Shown here: positions 1-12,152 of the stretch, piece by piece | Position numbering within the stretch: the first letter of the stretch is position 1 | Layout of the letters: each line of letters starts with the position of its first letter | Source of the DNA: Leucoraja ocellata | Taxonomy: Eukaryota | Length of the DNA: 64,000 nucleotides | Direction of reading: 5' to 3' | NCBI GenBank assembly: GCA_036785375.1 | Contig: JAWMAR010000028.1 | Coordinates: 4,340,001 to 4,404,000 of the forward strand | Translations under genes and position numbers: made by a program | The notes under the pieces: generated by a model | Told to the model about the DNA's origin: nothing | What the model saw: only the letters and a program-made list of their open reading frames with translations | The model's database searches: none

Positions 1-204
1 GAGAGATTAACACAGAGAAAACCACTTTTTGCAGGAGTAACTTGAATTTATTGAATTTTGTTTCTAAGTCCCTTGTTCTAAAATGTTACTTCTTTTAAAA
101 TTCATCATTGTTTGAAATACTTAACCAAGAGACTTAAAGTCCACGTGCTATTTTTTAGGGACTGCACAAAAAAGGCTGAGCAGAAAATATGACCTAATAA
201 ATCG

Positions 205-1190
205 TTAGGCATTTCCTTCCATTGCGATGCAGATGATACACAACTCTATCTCCCCCCTGAAGCCCAACAACCGATCAAATCTACTTAACCTTACCCGCAG
301 CCTCGAGGATATAAAGTGTTGGATGGCCCAGAACTTCCTCCAACTAAACGAGAGTAAGTCTGAGGTCATCCTTCTCGGCCCCTCGGAATCAATCAAAATA
401 ATAGCAGGCAGCCTTGGAAGCCTTACCCCATTACTCAAACCTCACAGCAAAAACCTTGGCGTGATATTTGACTCAGCACTGAAATTTGACAAACAAGTCA
501 ATGCCGTGATAAAAGCTAGCTTCTTCCAGCTTCGGATGATAGCTAAAATAAAACAATTCCTCCAGTTCGAAAAGATCATCCACACATTTATCTCCTCCCG
601 TCTCGATTACTGCAACTCCCTTTACACTGGCATCAGCCAATCTTCCCTGTCCCGCCTGCAACTGGTCCAAAACGCCACAGCGAGACTCCTGACGGCATCC
701 CGGGATTCTGACCTCTCTCCACTGGCTCCCTGTGCGGTTCTGAATAAATTTCAAGATCCTTCTTGATGTTTACAAAACCCTTAACGGGCTTGCCCCTACC
801 TACATCAAAAGTCTGCTTACCCACCACACCACCTCCAGGTCCCTCAGATCGACCGACTTGGGGTTACTGAACATCCCGCGGTCTAGCCATAAGCTCAGGG
901 CGACCGCGCCTTTGCGGTTGCAGCTCCTAGACTGTGGGACAGCATCCCTCTTTTCATCAGAACTGCCCCCTCCATCGACTCCTTTAAGTCAAGACTTAAA
1001 ATTCATCTTTACTCTCAAGCCTTTCTTGAGGTCCTCTGAGGGAGGGCTATATGTATGTATTTATGTATGTACTTAATCTATGAACCAATGTTGTATAACG
1101 TTAGTACCTCCACCAATGTAAAGCACTTTGGCCAACGAGAGTTGTTTTTTAAATGTGCTATAGAAATAAAAGTGACTTGACTTGACTTGA
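205..1190 (+). mobile_element. 5'-truncated L2-clade LINE (RT C-terminus, 3'UTR, (GACTT)n tail)
   Basis: ORF contains WMAQNFLQLNESKSEV and SRLDYCNSL...LQLVQNATARLL. Ends gtaaagcactttg...aataaaagt(gactt)n; frameshifted. Confidence 0.85.
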
Positions 1191-1595
1191 TGATTAAACT
1201 CGTATCACATACAATAAAGAATACAATTTCCTGGATTTTTACTTCAAGGTTACTTTGAAAATGCCAGATACGGTAGTCAATTCACTGATTGTTCCCAGAT
1301 TGCAGCGGCGAAGTTTGTACATGACACAGCCAGTGAAGGTGCTGACGACAACGTTAACATTTCCACATTGTGTTCAGAAATCCCAAACTTGCTGTTAGTT
1401 TGCATTGTATTGATGGTTGATTGCAGGCAGTTTTGGCAACGTTACTGTCACAAAACAGAGGAGGCGATGTACCATGAAGTAGGAAACAAAACAGAAAAGC
1501 TGGAAGAACTCAACCAGTCAAGAAGCATCTGTAGAAAAATAAATCGGTTAACGTTTCAGGTCAAGGACCCTGGCTCAGGACTGGGTGAAGAGTGA

Positions 1596-2720
1596 GGTGT
1601 TTAGAGTTTTCCAAACGGACCTGGAGACTGGCCCGGAGCTTCAAGCCGCGGGTGCGGTGCGGACTTACCATCGCGGAGCCTGGGATCTTTTGCCGAGGAT
1701 CGCCAGTGGTGGAGCTCTGACAGCGGGGCCTGTGGACTTTAACACTGAAGCCGCGGTCTCCGGTAAGAAGCGGCCGACTTCTGGCGCTCCATGTTCCGAT
1801 CTGTCCCGACGCCGGAGTTTCGATCATCCCGACGAGAGGACTTGAGCAGCGGACCGTCGGCAACGGTATGTTCAAAGGCCCCTGAAAAAGCTACTTTTCT
1901 TAACTACTAAACCAGGTTCGCTTCTTAATAAACAGACACCACACAAACTGTTTGGTAGACCAGTTCAAAACTTTACTTAACATCGGCCGATGGAAGGGAG
2001 CGAGGAGTCCAGCTAAGTGACCAATGTAGACACTTGACTGTGCTCAGCCACCTTCTCTGAACAACAGAATTACATTGCCTTAAATAGGGTTTTTTTTTAC
2101 CCCTTAGCACATTCCACAGACATTAGTCATGGTCAGAGGTACAGGAAAAGGTTTCCACAGAATGCATCACATCAAAGGCCTTTTGTTTACATGGTACAAG
2201 ATATACTAAAAACATTGGCCATTTACTTTAGGCTATTTTATCTCCAAAGAGATCACCCTAGCTCTTTTCGCTGCTTCCTCTCTGTCACTTGGTCCCTCAT
2301 AAACATTGGTCATTTGGTTTATGGCATCTTACTTCAAAGATGTGACTAGCTATGTCTCTCTTCCTCTCTGTCACTTCCTCACTTGGGAGACAATGTTATG
2401 GTATTTATTATCCCACACACTGCAACCTGAGGCAAGCCTAATTTGACACTAAATATAAGCTGTAAGCTAGCCCAGAAACCTATTATAATATCTTCTTATA
2501 TTTTTAACTAAAATTCGGCTTCATCACCGACCACAGGTGAACAAAAGAGGAAGATGACTGAACTTTATTGCCTTCCATCACAGTGAGGAATGTCGATTCC
2601 TCTGTGGTGGATGTTTATGTTCAATTTTATTTTATGTGCTGTGTATATTTTTGCTTTTTACTTGGTATGGCTGTATGGTAACTCAAATTTCGCTGTACCT
2701 TAATTAAATTGAATCTTGAA
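1596..2720 (+). repeat. unclassified GC-rich-head interspersed repeat, split by an LTR insertion
   Basis: CpG-rich 1596-1882 resumes at 2527. The 2527-2700 part resembles 58810-58920 in this window. Confidence 0.5.
1883..2526 (-). mobile_element. solo LTR (retrovirus-like), 644 bp
   Basis: TG...CA ends with imperfect inverted termini (TGAAAAAGC / GCTTCATCA). Diverged internal ~85-bp tandem duplication at about 2210-2380. TATA-like TATTTAA and AGTAAA on the - strand. No clean TSD. Confidence 0.6.
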
Positions 2721-3834
2721 ACACTCCTGTCCTGACCTGAAACATCGCCTGTCCAAGTTCTTCTGATGCTGTCTGACCTGCTGAGATACTCCAGCACTTT
2801 GTGGGGGGGGGGGTTTTTGCCCGATTAAGATGCTGCATTCCAAAAATGCAATTTCCATTCTGTACATGATACACCCAGATTTAAAACGGGAATTTTCCTT
2901 GGTGATTTATACCAAACACGCTGCCTGCACCCAGTGGAGCTTTCTGTTAAGTCACATAACTACCGGACACTTAGGAAATACTGACACTGGTGAAAAGAGT
3001 GTACTGGGCTGAAGAATGTCAAGGCTGACCAGAAAGATTGAGATGAAGATTAGGAATTATAATGCATCTCAATGTATTTTTCTAGGTGAGAATTTCTTCA
3101 GCTGTTGGAAATGGACATATTGCAAAGGTGGTAATTTAGAAAGATTGATAAAAGGCATATTGGAGACAATTCCACCCTGAAAGGAACTGCAGATGCTGGA
3201 GAATCGACGGTAGACAAAATTGCTTGAGAAACTCAGTTGTCTCCTGCAGTTACTAAGAGTGGCACGTTTCAATTAGCATGTCCTTTTTTGCAAATGTATC
3301 CTGTCGATTGTTCCCCACTGAGTTTTAGATAGGAGAACTTCACCACGAAAAACCTACGTAGATGTTGCCTCCTATCTAGTGCCCTTGCCCATCTCTTCCT
3401 TCTTTTTCTGCTTATTCTCCCAGAGATCCTGTACCCTATGGATAGTGTATACCATACACCCTTGTCTTGGACCATCCAGTTTGCACTCTTCTAGATTCTC
3501 AGCAACAACCAGAGGAAATCAATCAGTAACCAAATTATTCAATATTCCATGTGTTCACGATGGGAGGCTAAAATAAATTGTTAGTTGGCACTGAGCTTTA
3601 AAATAACAGAACTGGCATTAAATCAGTGCTGCGCTGATTGATATCATGATCTACCTACTCTACTCTCGTCCAAAACAAGTTCAGTACACACAAACGACTG
3701 TTCTGAACAATATTTTTCTGGTGTTACTTGGCCCATAACTGTGTACACGTACCACAGGTGGAATTTGAGATTTAAGAGTACTCTTCGTTCCCCAACAATT
3801 GAGCCTCATGATCCAGATTTCTCAATAAGGCCAT

Positions 3835-4640
3835 AGGTTCATCAGTGATATGAGCAGAATACGCCATTCGGCCCATCAAGTCTACTCCGCCATTCAGTCA
3901 TGGCTGATCTATCTTTCCCTCTTCACTCCATTCTCCTGCTTTCTCCCCATAAGCCCTGACACAGGTACTGATCAATAATCTATATATCTCTGCCGTAAAA
4001 ATATCCATTGGTTTGGCCTCCACAGCCTTCTGTGACAATGAATTCCACTGATTCACCACCCTTTGACTAAAGAATTTCCACCCCATCTCCTAAAGGAACA
4101 TCCGTTAATACTGAGGCTAAATGCAGCGCCAGAGACCCGGGTTCGATCCCGACTACGGGTGCTGTCTGTATGGAGTTTGCACGTTCTCCCCGGGTCCTGC
4201 GTGGGTTTTCTCCGAGATCTTCGGTTTCCTCCCACACTCCAAAGACGTACAGGTTTGTAGGTTAACTGGCTTGATTAATTGGCTTGAGAAAAATGTAAAA
4301 TTGTCCAAGTTGGCGATATGCAGATTACTGCCCTGCCGACTACAAAATTCAAAAGGCTCAGAAGGTATGATCTCTGGTCCTAGGCTCTCCCACTAGTGGA
4401 AACATCCTCTCCACATCCACTCTATCCGGGCCTTTCACTATTCTGTAAGTTTCAGGGCCTCCCTCCCCCCCCCCCCCACCCCCTTCCTTCTAAACTCCAG
4501 CGAGTTGCGGGCCAGTGCCGTCAAACGCTCATCATATGTGAACCCACACATTCCTGGGATCATTCTCGGAAACCTCCTCTGGACCCTCTCCAGCGCCAGC
4601 ACATATCTTCCTCGGATATGAGGCCCAAAACTGCTCATAA
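3835..4640 (-). mobile_element. CR1-clade LINE 3' fragments interrupted by a SINE
   Basis: Minus-strand peptides FFSQRVVNQWNSL and LALERVQRRFPRMIPGM...YDERL. SINE at about 4121-4310. Confidence 0.75.
4121..4310 (+). mobile_element. HE1-like tRNA-derived SINE, partial
   Basis: B-box ggttcgatcc; body matches the copies at 26442 and 52558. Confidence 0.8.
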
Positions 4641-5003
4641 TAATGTTCTACAATTTGTTCTGGTGGTGAACAAAGTTCATATTAATTTACAGTTTCATGG
4701 CCACAGCATTCATACAGAGAAATAATTGAACTTATCGTTGATAACAAGGTTGAATTACAACAGAAACATCCCATTACTGTGAAGTTAATGCTCTGTGAGT
4801 CTATAAAACCAGAGTAAATGAACCACAATTGTGCTGAAACAGCATTTCAAACTATAGATCAAATAAAACGCCTCTGACTTGATTTACTTCTGGAATGACA
4901 GGGTTATCCTATTAAGAGAAGCTAAGCAGTTAGGTCTGTATTCCTGGGGGTATAGAAGAATTACAAGTAATATAAGATCCTAAGGGGGGCTTGACTGGTA
5001 GGA

Positions 5004-5239
5004 TTTAGTTTAGAGATACAGGGCGGAAACAGGCTCTTTGGCCCACCGAGTCTGCACCGACCAGCGATCCCAGCACAGTGTGTGGGAGGAAACCAAAGAT
5101 CTCGGAGAAAACCGAGGCAGTCACGGGGAGAACGTACAAACTCCGTATACACACCACCCATAGTCGGGATCGAACCCGGGTCTCTGGTGCTGCAAGAGCA
5201 GTAAAGCAGCAACTCTACCTCTGCGCCACTGTGCCGCCC
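5004..5239 (-). mobile_element. HE1-like SINE, internally deleted
   Basis: Reverse complement of head gggcggcacagtggcgcag, B-box, and (taaac)n tail. Confidence 0.8.
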
Positions 5240-5568
5240 TGTTGAGATCTTTTCACTGTGGGAGAGTAACGTAGAAGGGACTCTGGAGAGAAGGAATGGG
5301 TGATTTTTCGGGTCGAGACCCTTCTTCAAACCTGTACTGATCTGTCTGATGAGTTCCGAGGTTGAAAATGGTAAATTGGAAATCCCAAATGCCACAACAA
5401 TCAGGGGATTTGCCTTTTAGCATTTATCCTTAATAGATCTTCCTCTTCATGCAATTTCTTGGTAAGGCAATACTCAGTTGCAGGGGTCATCATAGGCTGG
5501 CGACACTGAATCTCCACACCATTTTCCCAGAGCCTTTGCTGCCTCTGCTCTGTGCTGTCAGAATGTAT

Positions 5569-6007
5569 AGGGCTGTCCCACTGCGGCGACCTAATCTGGC
5601 GAGTTCAGAAAAGTTTGCCCTCGACTCGTACTCGGACATGGTCGACACGATGTCCTAGGAGGTCTTTGTAACTCTCCTTCATGCTGAGAGTAGTCCCGCG
5701 TACTCGAGGCCTCAGCTAGGTCACGCGTATTTTTCAACATGTTGAGAAACGCCCACGAGTAAAAAAAGGTTGCCATAGAAAAAATCGATACTTTTTTTAC
5801 TCGTAGGTTTAGTCGAAGTAGGTCGTAGTAGGTCGGCATGTTAGTCGTAGGTAATCGAGGGTAGTCGAAGATAGTCGTAGATAGTCTTCAACATGGTTGA
5901 AGGAGGTCTTCTACATAGTCGAAGGAAGTCTTCAACATGACATTTTTTCAAACTCTCCTAAACTCTTCTAAACTCGCCAATTAGGTCGCCCAAGTGGGAC
6001 AGCCCCT
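5569..6007. mobile_element. PIF/Harbinger-like MITE
   Basis: TIRs agggctgtcccactgcggcgacctaat / attaggtcgcccaagtgggacagcccct. Internal gtcgtag/gtcgaag micro-repeats; no ORF. Confidence 0.75.
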
Positions 6008-6205
6008 TATGTCTGATGTGCAATTTTGATAAGTCGTCACTTTCAAACAGTGCACTGCAAAGACCAAGTTTATGATCCCGGCCTATCAAACTTCATGCCT
6101 ATACCAATAGATACAACCATGTCTCATACTGCACAAGGTCGTTCAGACCACTGCATATTTAGCTTCAAACCAAGCTATCAACGTTCCAGACAAGGAAGAG
6201 CTAGC

Positions 6206-6400
6206 GTTCAAGAAGGAACTGCAGATGCTGGAAGATCGAAGTGACACAAAAATGCTGAGAAACTCAGTGGGTGCAGCAGCATCTATGGAGCGAAGGAAAA
6301 TAGGCGACATTTCGGGCCGAAACGGCCCGAAACGTCGCCTATTTCCTTCGCTCCATAGATGCTGCTGCACCGCTGAGTTTCTCCAGCATTTTTGTGTACC
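6206..6400. mobile_element. Penelope-derived short fold-back element
   Basis: Inverted arms about 6244-6400 centred on cgggccgaaacggcccg. Flanked by an imperfect direct repeat caaggaagagctagc / caagggaagagcctagc. Confidence 0.75.
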
Positions 6401-6467
6401 AAGGGAAGAGCCTAGCTCTACCTCTAAAACACAAGGCATTTCTACCTTTCCGGATCCAATTATTTAT

Positions 6468-6873
6468 TTATTTTTTATTTTTTTTTAATTTTATTTTTAT
6501 TAGCAGTACAGTAAATCACATTAATACATCGCATATATCTTATTACATTATGTTGTACCACTTCATTTTTTGAGCTTTAAAAAAGATAGAAATAAAAGAA
6601 GTAAGGGAAAGTAAGCAAGAATCGTGAAGGTGCAGGAAAGTGTTGGGAGAAGAGAACCCCTTAGGGAAGGAATTAGAGAAGGAAGCAAAGAAAAGAAATA
6701 AGACCCTAGAAAGAGAAGAAAAAAAAGAAGAAAGGAAAATCAATCGCTCTATTGTAACACAAAACTCCGCAAAAAGGATATACCAACCGTGTTTTTTTAA
6801 AAAAAATTATTTTATACCCCCCATTACCAGGTCCTGGTAGCCTTTATGTTTTAACTTATTATTGCACCTTATA
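6468..6873 (-). mobile_element. poly(A)-tailed retroposed fragment (L1/Tx1-like 3'UTR) with 17-bp TSD
   Basis: Exact TSD cggatccaattatttat at 6451-6467 and 6874-6890. T-rich tail and a minus-strand AATAAA at the left end. Confidence 0.8.
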
Positions 6874-7043
6874 CGGATCCAATTATTTATGTTCCCTTTC
6901 AGCCAAGCTCTCTTGTTGCACAAATTCATCCAAAATCCTGCTTTCCAACAATAAGTCCTCATGCCATCACTGCTGATCGTGTTGGCTTATATTGGCTACC
7001 ATTTGCCCTGTTTCACAATATATTGTGAATATTGACTTCTCTA

Positions 7044-7211
7044 NNNNNNNNNNNNNNNNNNNNNNNNNNNNNNNNNNNNNNNNNNNNNNNNNNNNNNNNN
7101 NNNNNNNNNNNNNNNNNNNNNNNNNNNNNNNNNNNNNNNNNNNNNNNNNNNNNNNNNNNNNNNNNNNNNNNNNNNNNNNNNNNNNNNNNNNNNNNNNNNN
7201 NNNNNNNNNNN
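7044..7211. other. run of N (gap or masked sequence)
   Basis: 168 N. Confidence 1.
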
Positions 7212-7831
7212 CCAACCAGTTTCGCTGTCCTCCTGATTACATTTTACTGATTGTATGCCTCATTGTCACCTTCCCCTCAGCTAACAATGATCCATTCTAC
7301 ATTTTCCTTGAACTTCATCTCCTTTGATCTTTCGTTTTCACAACTTACCCTTCCGTATCACCTACCCTATTCCCTGACTCTCAGTCTGAAGGGTTTGACC
7401 CAAAACGTTACTTCTCTCCAGAGATGCTGCTTGTCCCACTGAGTTACTACAGCATTTTGTGTCTTATCTTCACAAGATATATTATTGGTGGGACCAGAAA
7501 CATAAATGACACCATCTTGTGTTGGAAAAGTGCAAGTTGTTTTGATCATTGTTTGCTGGTTAATATAAATACCACTTGCAATTGCATGAAATTAAGCATG
7601 CATAAACCGAGCCAAAAGCATATTCCGTTAAAATGCTGGTCCATTAATTAAACAAAAAGAAACTATTGTCATTGCAACTCACGCACAATGCAAAGAAAGA
7701 GAAAGGAATGTAAGTAGCATCCAGGTTAATGTCCCACATGTAATTTCAAATTGCATTCATTTCTGATGATTCAGAAGCATTTTTTCTGCTATCATATATA
7801 ATCCAGACTAACTGCTGAGACAAGGTATAAG

Positions 7832-8243
7832 ACAAGGTCTTTATTCTCTGGAGCGAGAGGTTAAGGGGGACTTGATAGAGGTCTTTAAAAGATGAGAGGG
7901 ATAGACAGAGTTGATGTGGACAAGCTTTTCCCTTTGAGAATAGGGAAAATTCAAACAAGAGGACATGACTTCAGAATAAGGGACAGAAGTTTAGGAGTAA
8001 CATGAGGGGAACTTCTTTACTCAGAGAGTGGTAGCGGTGTGGAATGAGCTTCCAGTGGAAGTGGTGGAGGCAGGTTCGTTGGTATCATTTAAAAATAAAT
8101 TGGATAGGCATATGGATGAGAAGGGAATGGAGGGTTATGGTATGAGTGCAGGCAGGTGGGACTAAGCGAAAAAAAGTTGTTCGGCACGGACTTGTAGGGC
8201 CGAGATGGCCTGTTTCCGTCCTGTAATTGTTATATGGTTATAT
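7832..8243 (+). mobile_element. CR1-clade LINE 3' end
   Basis: Encodes LERERLRGDLIEVFK-like and FFTQRVVAVWNELP-like sequence. Tail cctgtttccg..ctgtaattgttatatggtta; matches the copy at 61366-61645 (-). Confidence 0.8.
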
Positions 8244-8994
8244 AAGATGATCTTACATTGTTTGCCTGTTAACAAAAATGTGCAGGGTTGTACAATATGA
8301 ATAAGGATTGTTGAACAAATTTCAACAGGGTCATTCAGATAGTAGAAAGTTTACAGCAGCCAAATGTATTTTTTTGTCACATTATTGTAAATCCTGCTTA
8401 TGAATGAGTTAAGAGGGAACATGGAGGGATCGATGCCAGGATTCACACTTGGCCGGGGGGGTGCGGTGTGGGGAAGGAAAGTTCAGCTTTTTTAAAGATT
8501 GCTTCTTTGAAAAATACATTTTATTTCATGAATAACTACCAGGTTTAAGTTTCTCCATGCTAAATGATTCTCCGATGTAAATGATATGGAACTCTGTGCC
8601 TCCTACAGTTCAACAATCTGCAGATGCTGCAAATCTGAAATAAAAATAAGAACTTCTGGAAACGCTCTGCAGATTAAATAACTTCTGTGGAAAATGACAC
8701 ACAGCTAACGTTTCAGGTCAAAGATCCTCCATCCGAATTTTGGGAAGAGTAAGTGTTAACTATTAATATTTAATATTAAGATGTGAAGTTAGAATATTAA
8801 ATGTGAACACTTTTTTGAATTAATAATGAATGAATAATGTGAATATGTTCTTGGTGAAATTCAAAATATTAAGCAATATTCTCCTGACTTAAGTAGATAA
8901 GTACCTTATTTAAGAGCTCAATTTTCCCCCTTTTTGATTGCAGCTCAGCCAGTTTCATTTATTTATTTATTGAGCTGTATTTTGCTACGACAGG

Positions 8995-9028
8995 ATGTCG
9001 GAGGTTCTTCAGTCACCAGATCATTCAG
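8995..9028 (+). CDS. KANK4: KANK4-like gene, putative first coding exon (MSEVLQSPDHS-)
   Basis: ATG at 8995 (caggATGt), 34 coding nt, donor CAG|gtacga, phase 1. Joins in frame to the acceptor at 13365 (G+CC=Ala). Upstream polypyrimidine acceptor ttttccccctttttgattgcag ends at 8943. No homology support for this peptide itself. Confidence 0.6.
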
Positions 9029-9442
9029 GTACGAATAATTATTTTTTAGTATTTGATGACAATCAATTTCGAGAGTGTCCGTTAGTTCAGGAGTAAATAA
9101 ATGCATAAACGTCACAAACCAGAAAGAGGGGTTAGGGGTGGAAGGCCATCATTCTAATCTTTACTTTCTGCTGCATTTCTCTTCGTCCACTTTCTCATGT
9201 TGTTGGTGTGTACGGTTGTCTGAAATGCCAGCCCTCCACTCGCACATCCTTTTAGCTAGTAGGCATCACATGTTGATGAGTTTTTTGATTAAGGAAGATA
9301 CTGCAGATAATTCAGATTCTCTCCTCTTCCCTGGTGTTGCTAAGTGCCATTTTAATCCAGGGCTACTGATGACTAATGTTCCAGCTAAGATTGGTAAGTC
9401 AGTATTGGAAAGAGAGTGTGGATGAATAACCCTTCTGTTAAA

Positions 9443-10075
9443 GTGAATGGCATGTTGGCCTTTATAGCAAGAGGAGTATAGGAGCAAAGAGGTCCTTCTG
9501 CAGTTGTACAGAGCCCTAGTGAGACCACACCTGGAGTATTGTGTGCAGTTTTGCTCCCTAATTTGAGGAAGGACATTCTTGCTATAGAGGGAGTGCAGCG
9601 TAGGTTTACAAGGATGGCGGGACTGTCAAATGCTGAGAGAATGGAGCGGCTGGGCTTGTACACTCTGGAGTTTAGAAGGATGAGAGGCGATCTTATGGAA
9701 ACATATAACATTGTTAAGGGTTTGGGACACGCTAGAGGCAGGAAACATGTTCCCGATGTTGGGGGAGTCCAGAACCAGCGGCCACAGTTTAAGAATAAGG
9801 GGTAAGCCATTTAGAACGGAGACGAGAAAAACCTTTTCTCACAGCGAGTTGTGAGTGTGGAATTCTCTGCCTCAGAGGGCGGTGGAGGCTTGTTTTCTGG
9901 ATACTTTCAAGAGAGAGCTGGATAGGGCTCTTAAAGATAGCGGAGTCAAGGGATATGGTGAGAAGGCAGGAACGAGGTACTGATTGGGGATGATCAGCCA
10001 TGATGATCACATTGAATGGCGGTGCTGGCTCGAAGGGCCGAATGGCCTACTCCTGCACCTATTGTCTATTGTGTA
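9443..10075 (+). mobile_element. CR1-clade LINE 3' fragment
   Basis: [12 protein letters not shown]-like sequence and DILAIEGVQRRFT...LYTLEFRRMRGDL; typical 3' tail. Confidence 0.85.
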
Positions 10076-11279
10076 TTGTCTAACCCTGTTGAGATTTGTT
10101 CAACAGTCCTTAGTCAGATGGTACCACCCTGCACATTTCTGTTAACTGGCAAACTACGTCAGATTGTCTTTGGAGAGTCTGAAGAAGGGTCTCAACCTGA
10201 AACATCGCCTATCCCTTCGCTCCTTAGATGCTGCCTCACTCACTGAATTTCTCCAGCGTCTTTGTTTACCTCAGTTTGTCTTGCACCTTTTCTTGCCAGT
10301 TAGTCCAGATGACAAACGATACCAGAAAAATTGTTTCTGAGTCATCAAAAATGAAGTCACTTTGAAATTACATGTGGGACATTAACTGGGATGTCACTTT
10401 ATACAATACAAGATGGTGCCTTTACCTGCTACACCATTGGACAGCTCATGACCCCGATCTTTAAAGTGCCACAAGCACAAATAATCATGTAAGTGGTAAA
10501 TGGTTAATTTGGACAATGAGGCCAGATTCGCAGCACATAGCATAAATCAGCTGATGTTTGAGGCGAAGACACTTCTTTGTCACAGAAGGCTGTGGATATC
10601 TTGAAGGCAGAGATAGATACATTCTTCATTAGTACAGGTGTCAGAGGTTATGGGGAGAAGGCAGGGGAATGCTGTTAGGGGGAAAGATAGATCAGCCATG
10701 GTTGAATGGCGAAGTAGACATGATGGGCCGAATGGCCTAATTCTATTCCTATTCCTAACACATGAGAAAATCTGAGAAAATCCATTGTCACATCGATGAA
10801 TATAAAGTACAAGTAACCAGCAAAATCTATTAAAATTCGTAGGTAATTTCCATTACAAATGAATGGAGGGAAGATTTATGCTGAATTTCATGATATCCAC
10901 TGTTCAATAAAAGGTGGCTAAATTCTTGGAGAAATGGCATTGTCATGTGTCTCCCATGGTATCTGCAGTGATTTCAGAGACCCCACCCGCTCCCCCCCCC
11001 CACCCCAAATGCTGGGTGCTGTCGGGCCGTCTATTTCACACCCCTCATCCCAGAGGCGTTGCCATGTTCTCTCTCATTCAGTTATTCTGATATTGCACTT
11101 TAGTTATTTTTTTCATGACTTCAGATTTATTCATCATTAATTGTATTATTAGTTGCATTCATCATTACCATGTGTACTATTTACTCTGCGAGCTTTGTGG
11201 AAGCATGGAATTTCAGTTCACCCTGGCGTATATGGCAAAAACTAATCGGAATCAGAAAGTGGTTGGGAGAATAGCATAA

Positions 11280-11538
11280 AGGGCCTGAACCACTTGGCGA
11301 TTTTGACGGCATCACATCAGTGTCACCAAAAGATTTTGAACATTTCCAAATTCAGCGTCGACAAAGCAAATGTTGCGACACTTAAAAAAACACCGCGCGT
11401 CATACGTCATCACGCTGCGTCACACATCATCACGCTGCATCGCCGCCGTGTCATCAAGCCGCGTATTTTTCGGTGACCTGATACGACATTTGATGATGCC
11501 AGCAGTCGCCGAAAAAATCGCCAAGTGGGACAGGCCCT
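11280..11538. mobile_element. PIF/Harbinger-like MITE with TAA TSD
   Basis: TIRs agggcctgaaccacttggcgatttt / aaaatcgccaagtgggacaggccct. TAA at 11277-11279 and 11539-11541. Confidence 0.85.
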
Positions 11539-11593
11539 TAAGATCTTGTGGTGAATGGAGGTACGTTGTAATGAGTCAAGTCAAACACATATC

Positions 11594-12152
11594 GCTTTAC
11601 CTCCCCCCTCGACTCCATTCAAGGACCCAAGCAGTCGTTCCAGGTGCGACAGAGGTTCACCTGCATCTCCTCCAACCTCATCTATTGCATCTGCTGCTCT
11701 AGATGTCAGCTGATCTACATCGGTGAGGCCAAGCGGAAGCTTGGAGATCGTTTCGCCGAACACCTCCGCTCGGTCCGCATTAACCAACCTGACATCCCAA
11801 TGGCTCAGCACTTCAACTCCCCCTCCCATTCCGTATCCGACCTCTCTGTCCTGGGCCTCCTCCATGACCAGAGTGAGCACCACCGGAAATTGGAGGAACA
11901 GCACCTCATATTCCGCTTGGAGAGTCTGCATCCTGGGGGCATGAACATTGAATTCTCCCAATTCCGTTAGCCCTTGCTGTCTCCTCCCCTTCCTATCTTT
12001 CCCTCAGCCCTCCGGCTCCTCCTCCTTCTTTTTCCTTTCTTCTACCCGCCCCCATCAGTCTGAAGAAGGGTTTAGGCCCGAAACGTCGCCTATTTCCTTC
12101 GCTCCATAGATACTGCTGCACCCGCTGCGTTTCTCCAGTATTTTCGTGTACC
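11594..12152 (+). mobile_element. Penelope-like element 3' fragment (GIY-YIG endonuclease + pLTR), nested in an LTR
   Basis: ORF FTCISSNLIYCICCSRCQLIYIGEAKRKLGDRFAEH...HFN...LEEQHLIFRL...PGGMNIEF. Splits the LTR sequence acacatatc|aggataca. Confidence 0.9.
12060..12087 (+). ncRNA. minimal hammerhead ribozyme motif in Penelope pLTR
   Basis: CTGAAGA-A-GGGT(ttag)GCCC-GAAAC-GTC: both catalytic boxes, stem II and an NUH triplet. Stem I and stem III are very short. Confidence 0.6.
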
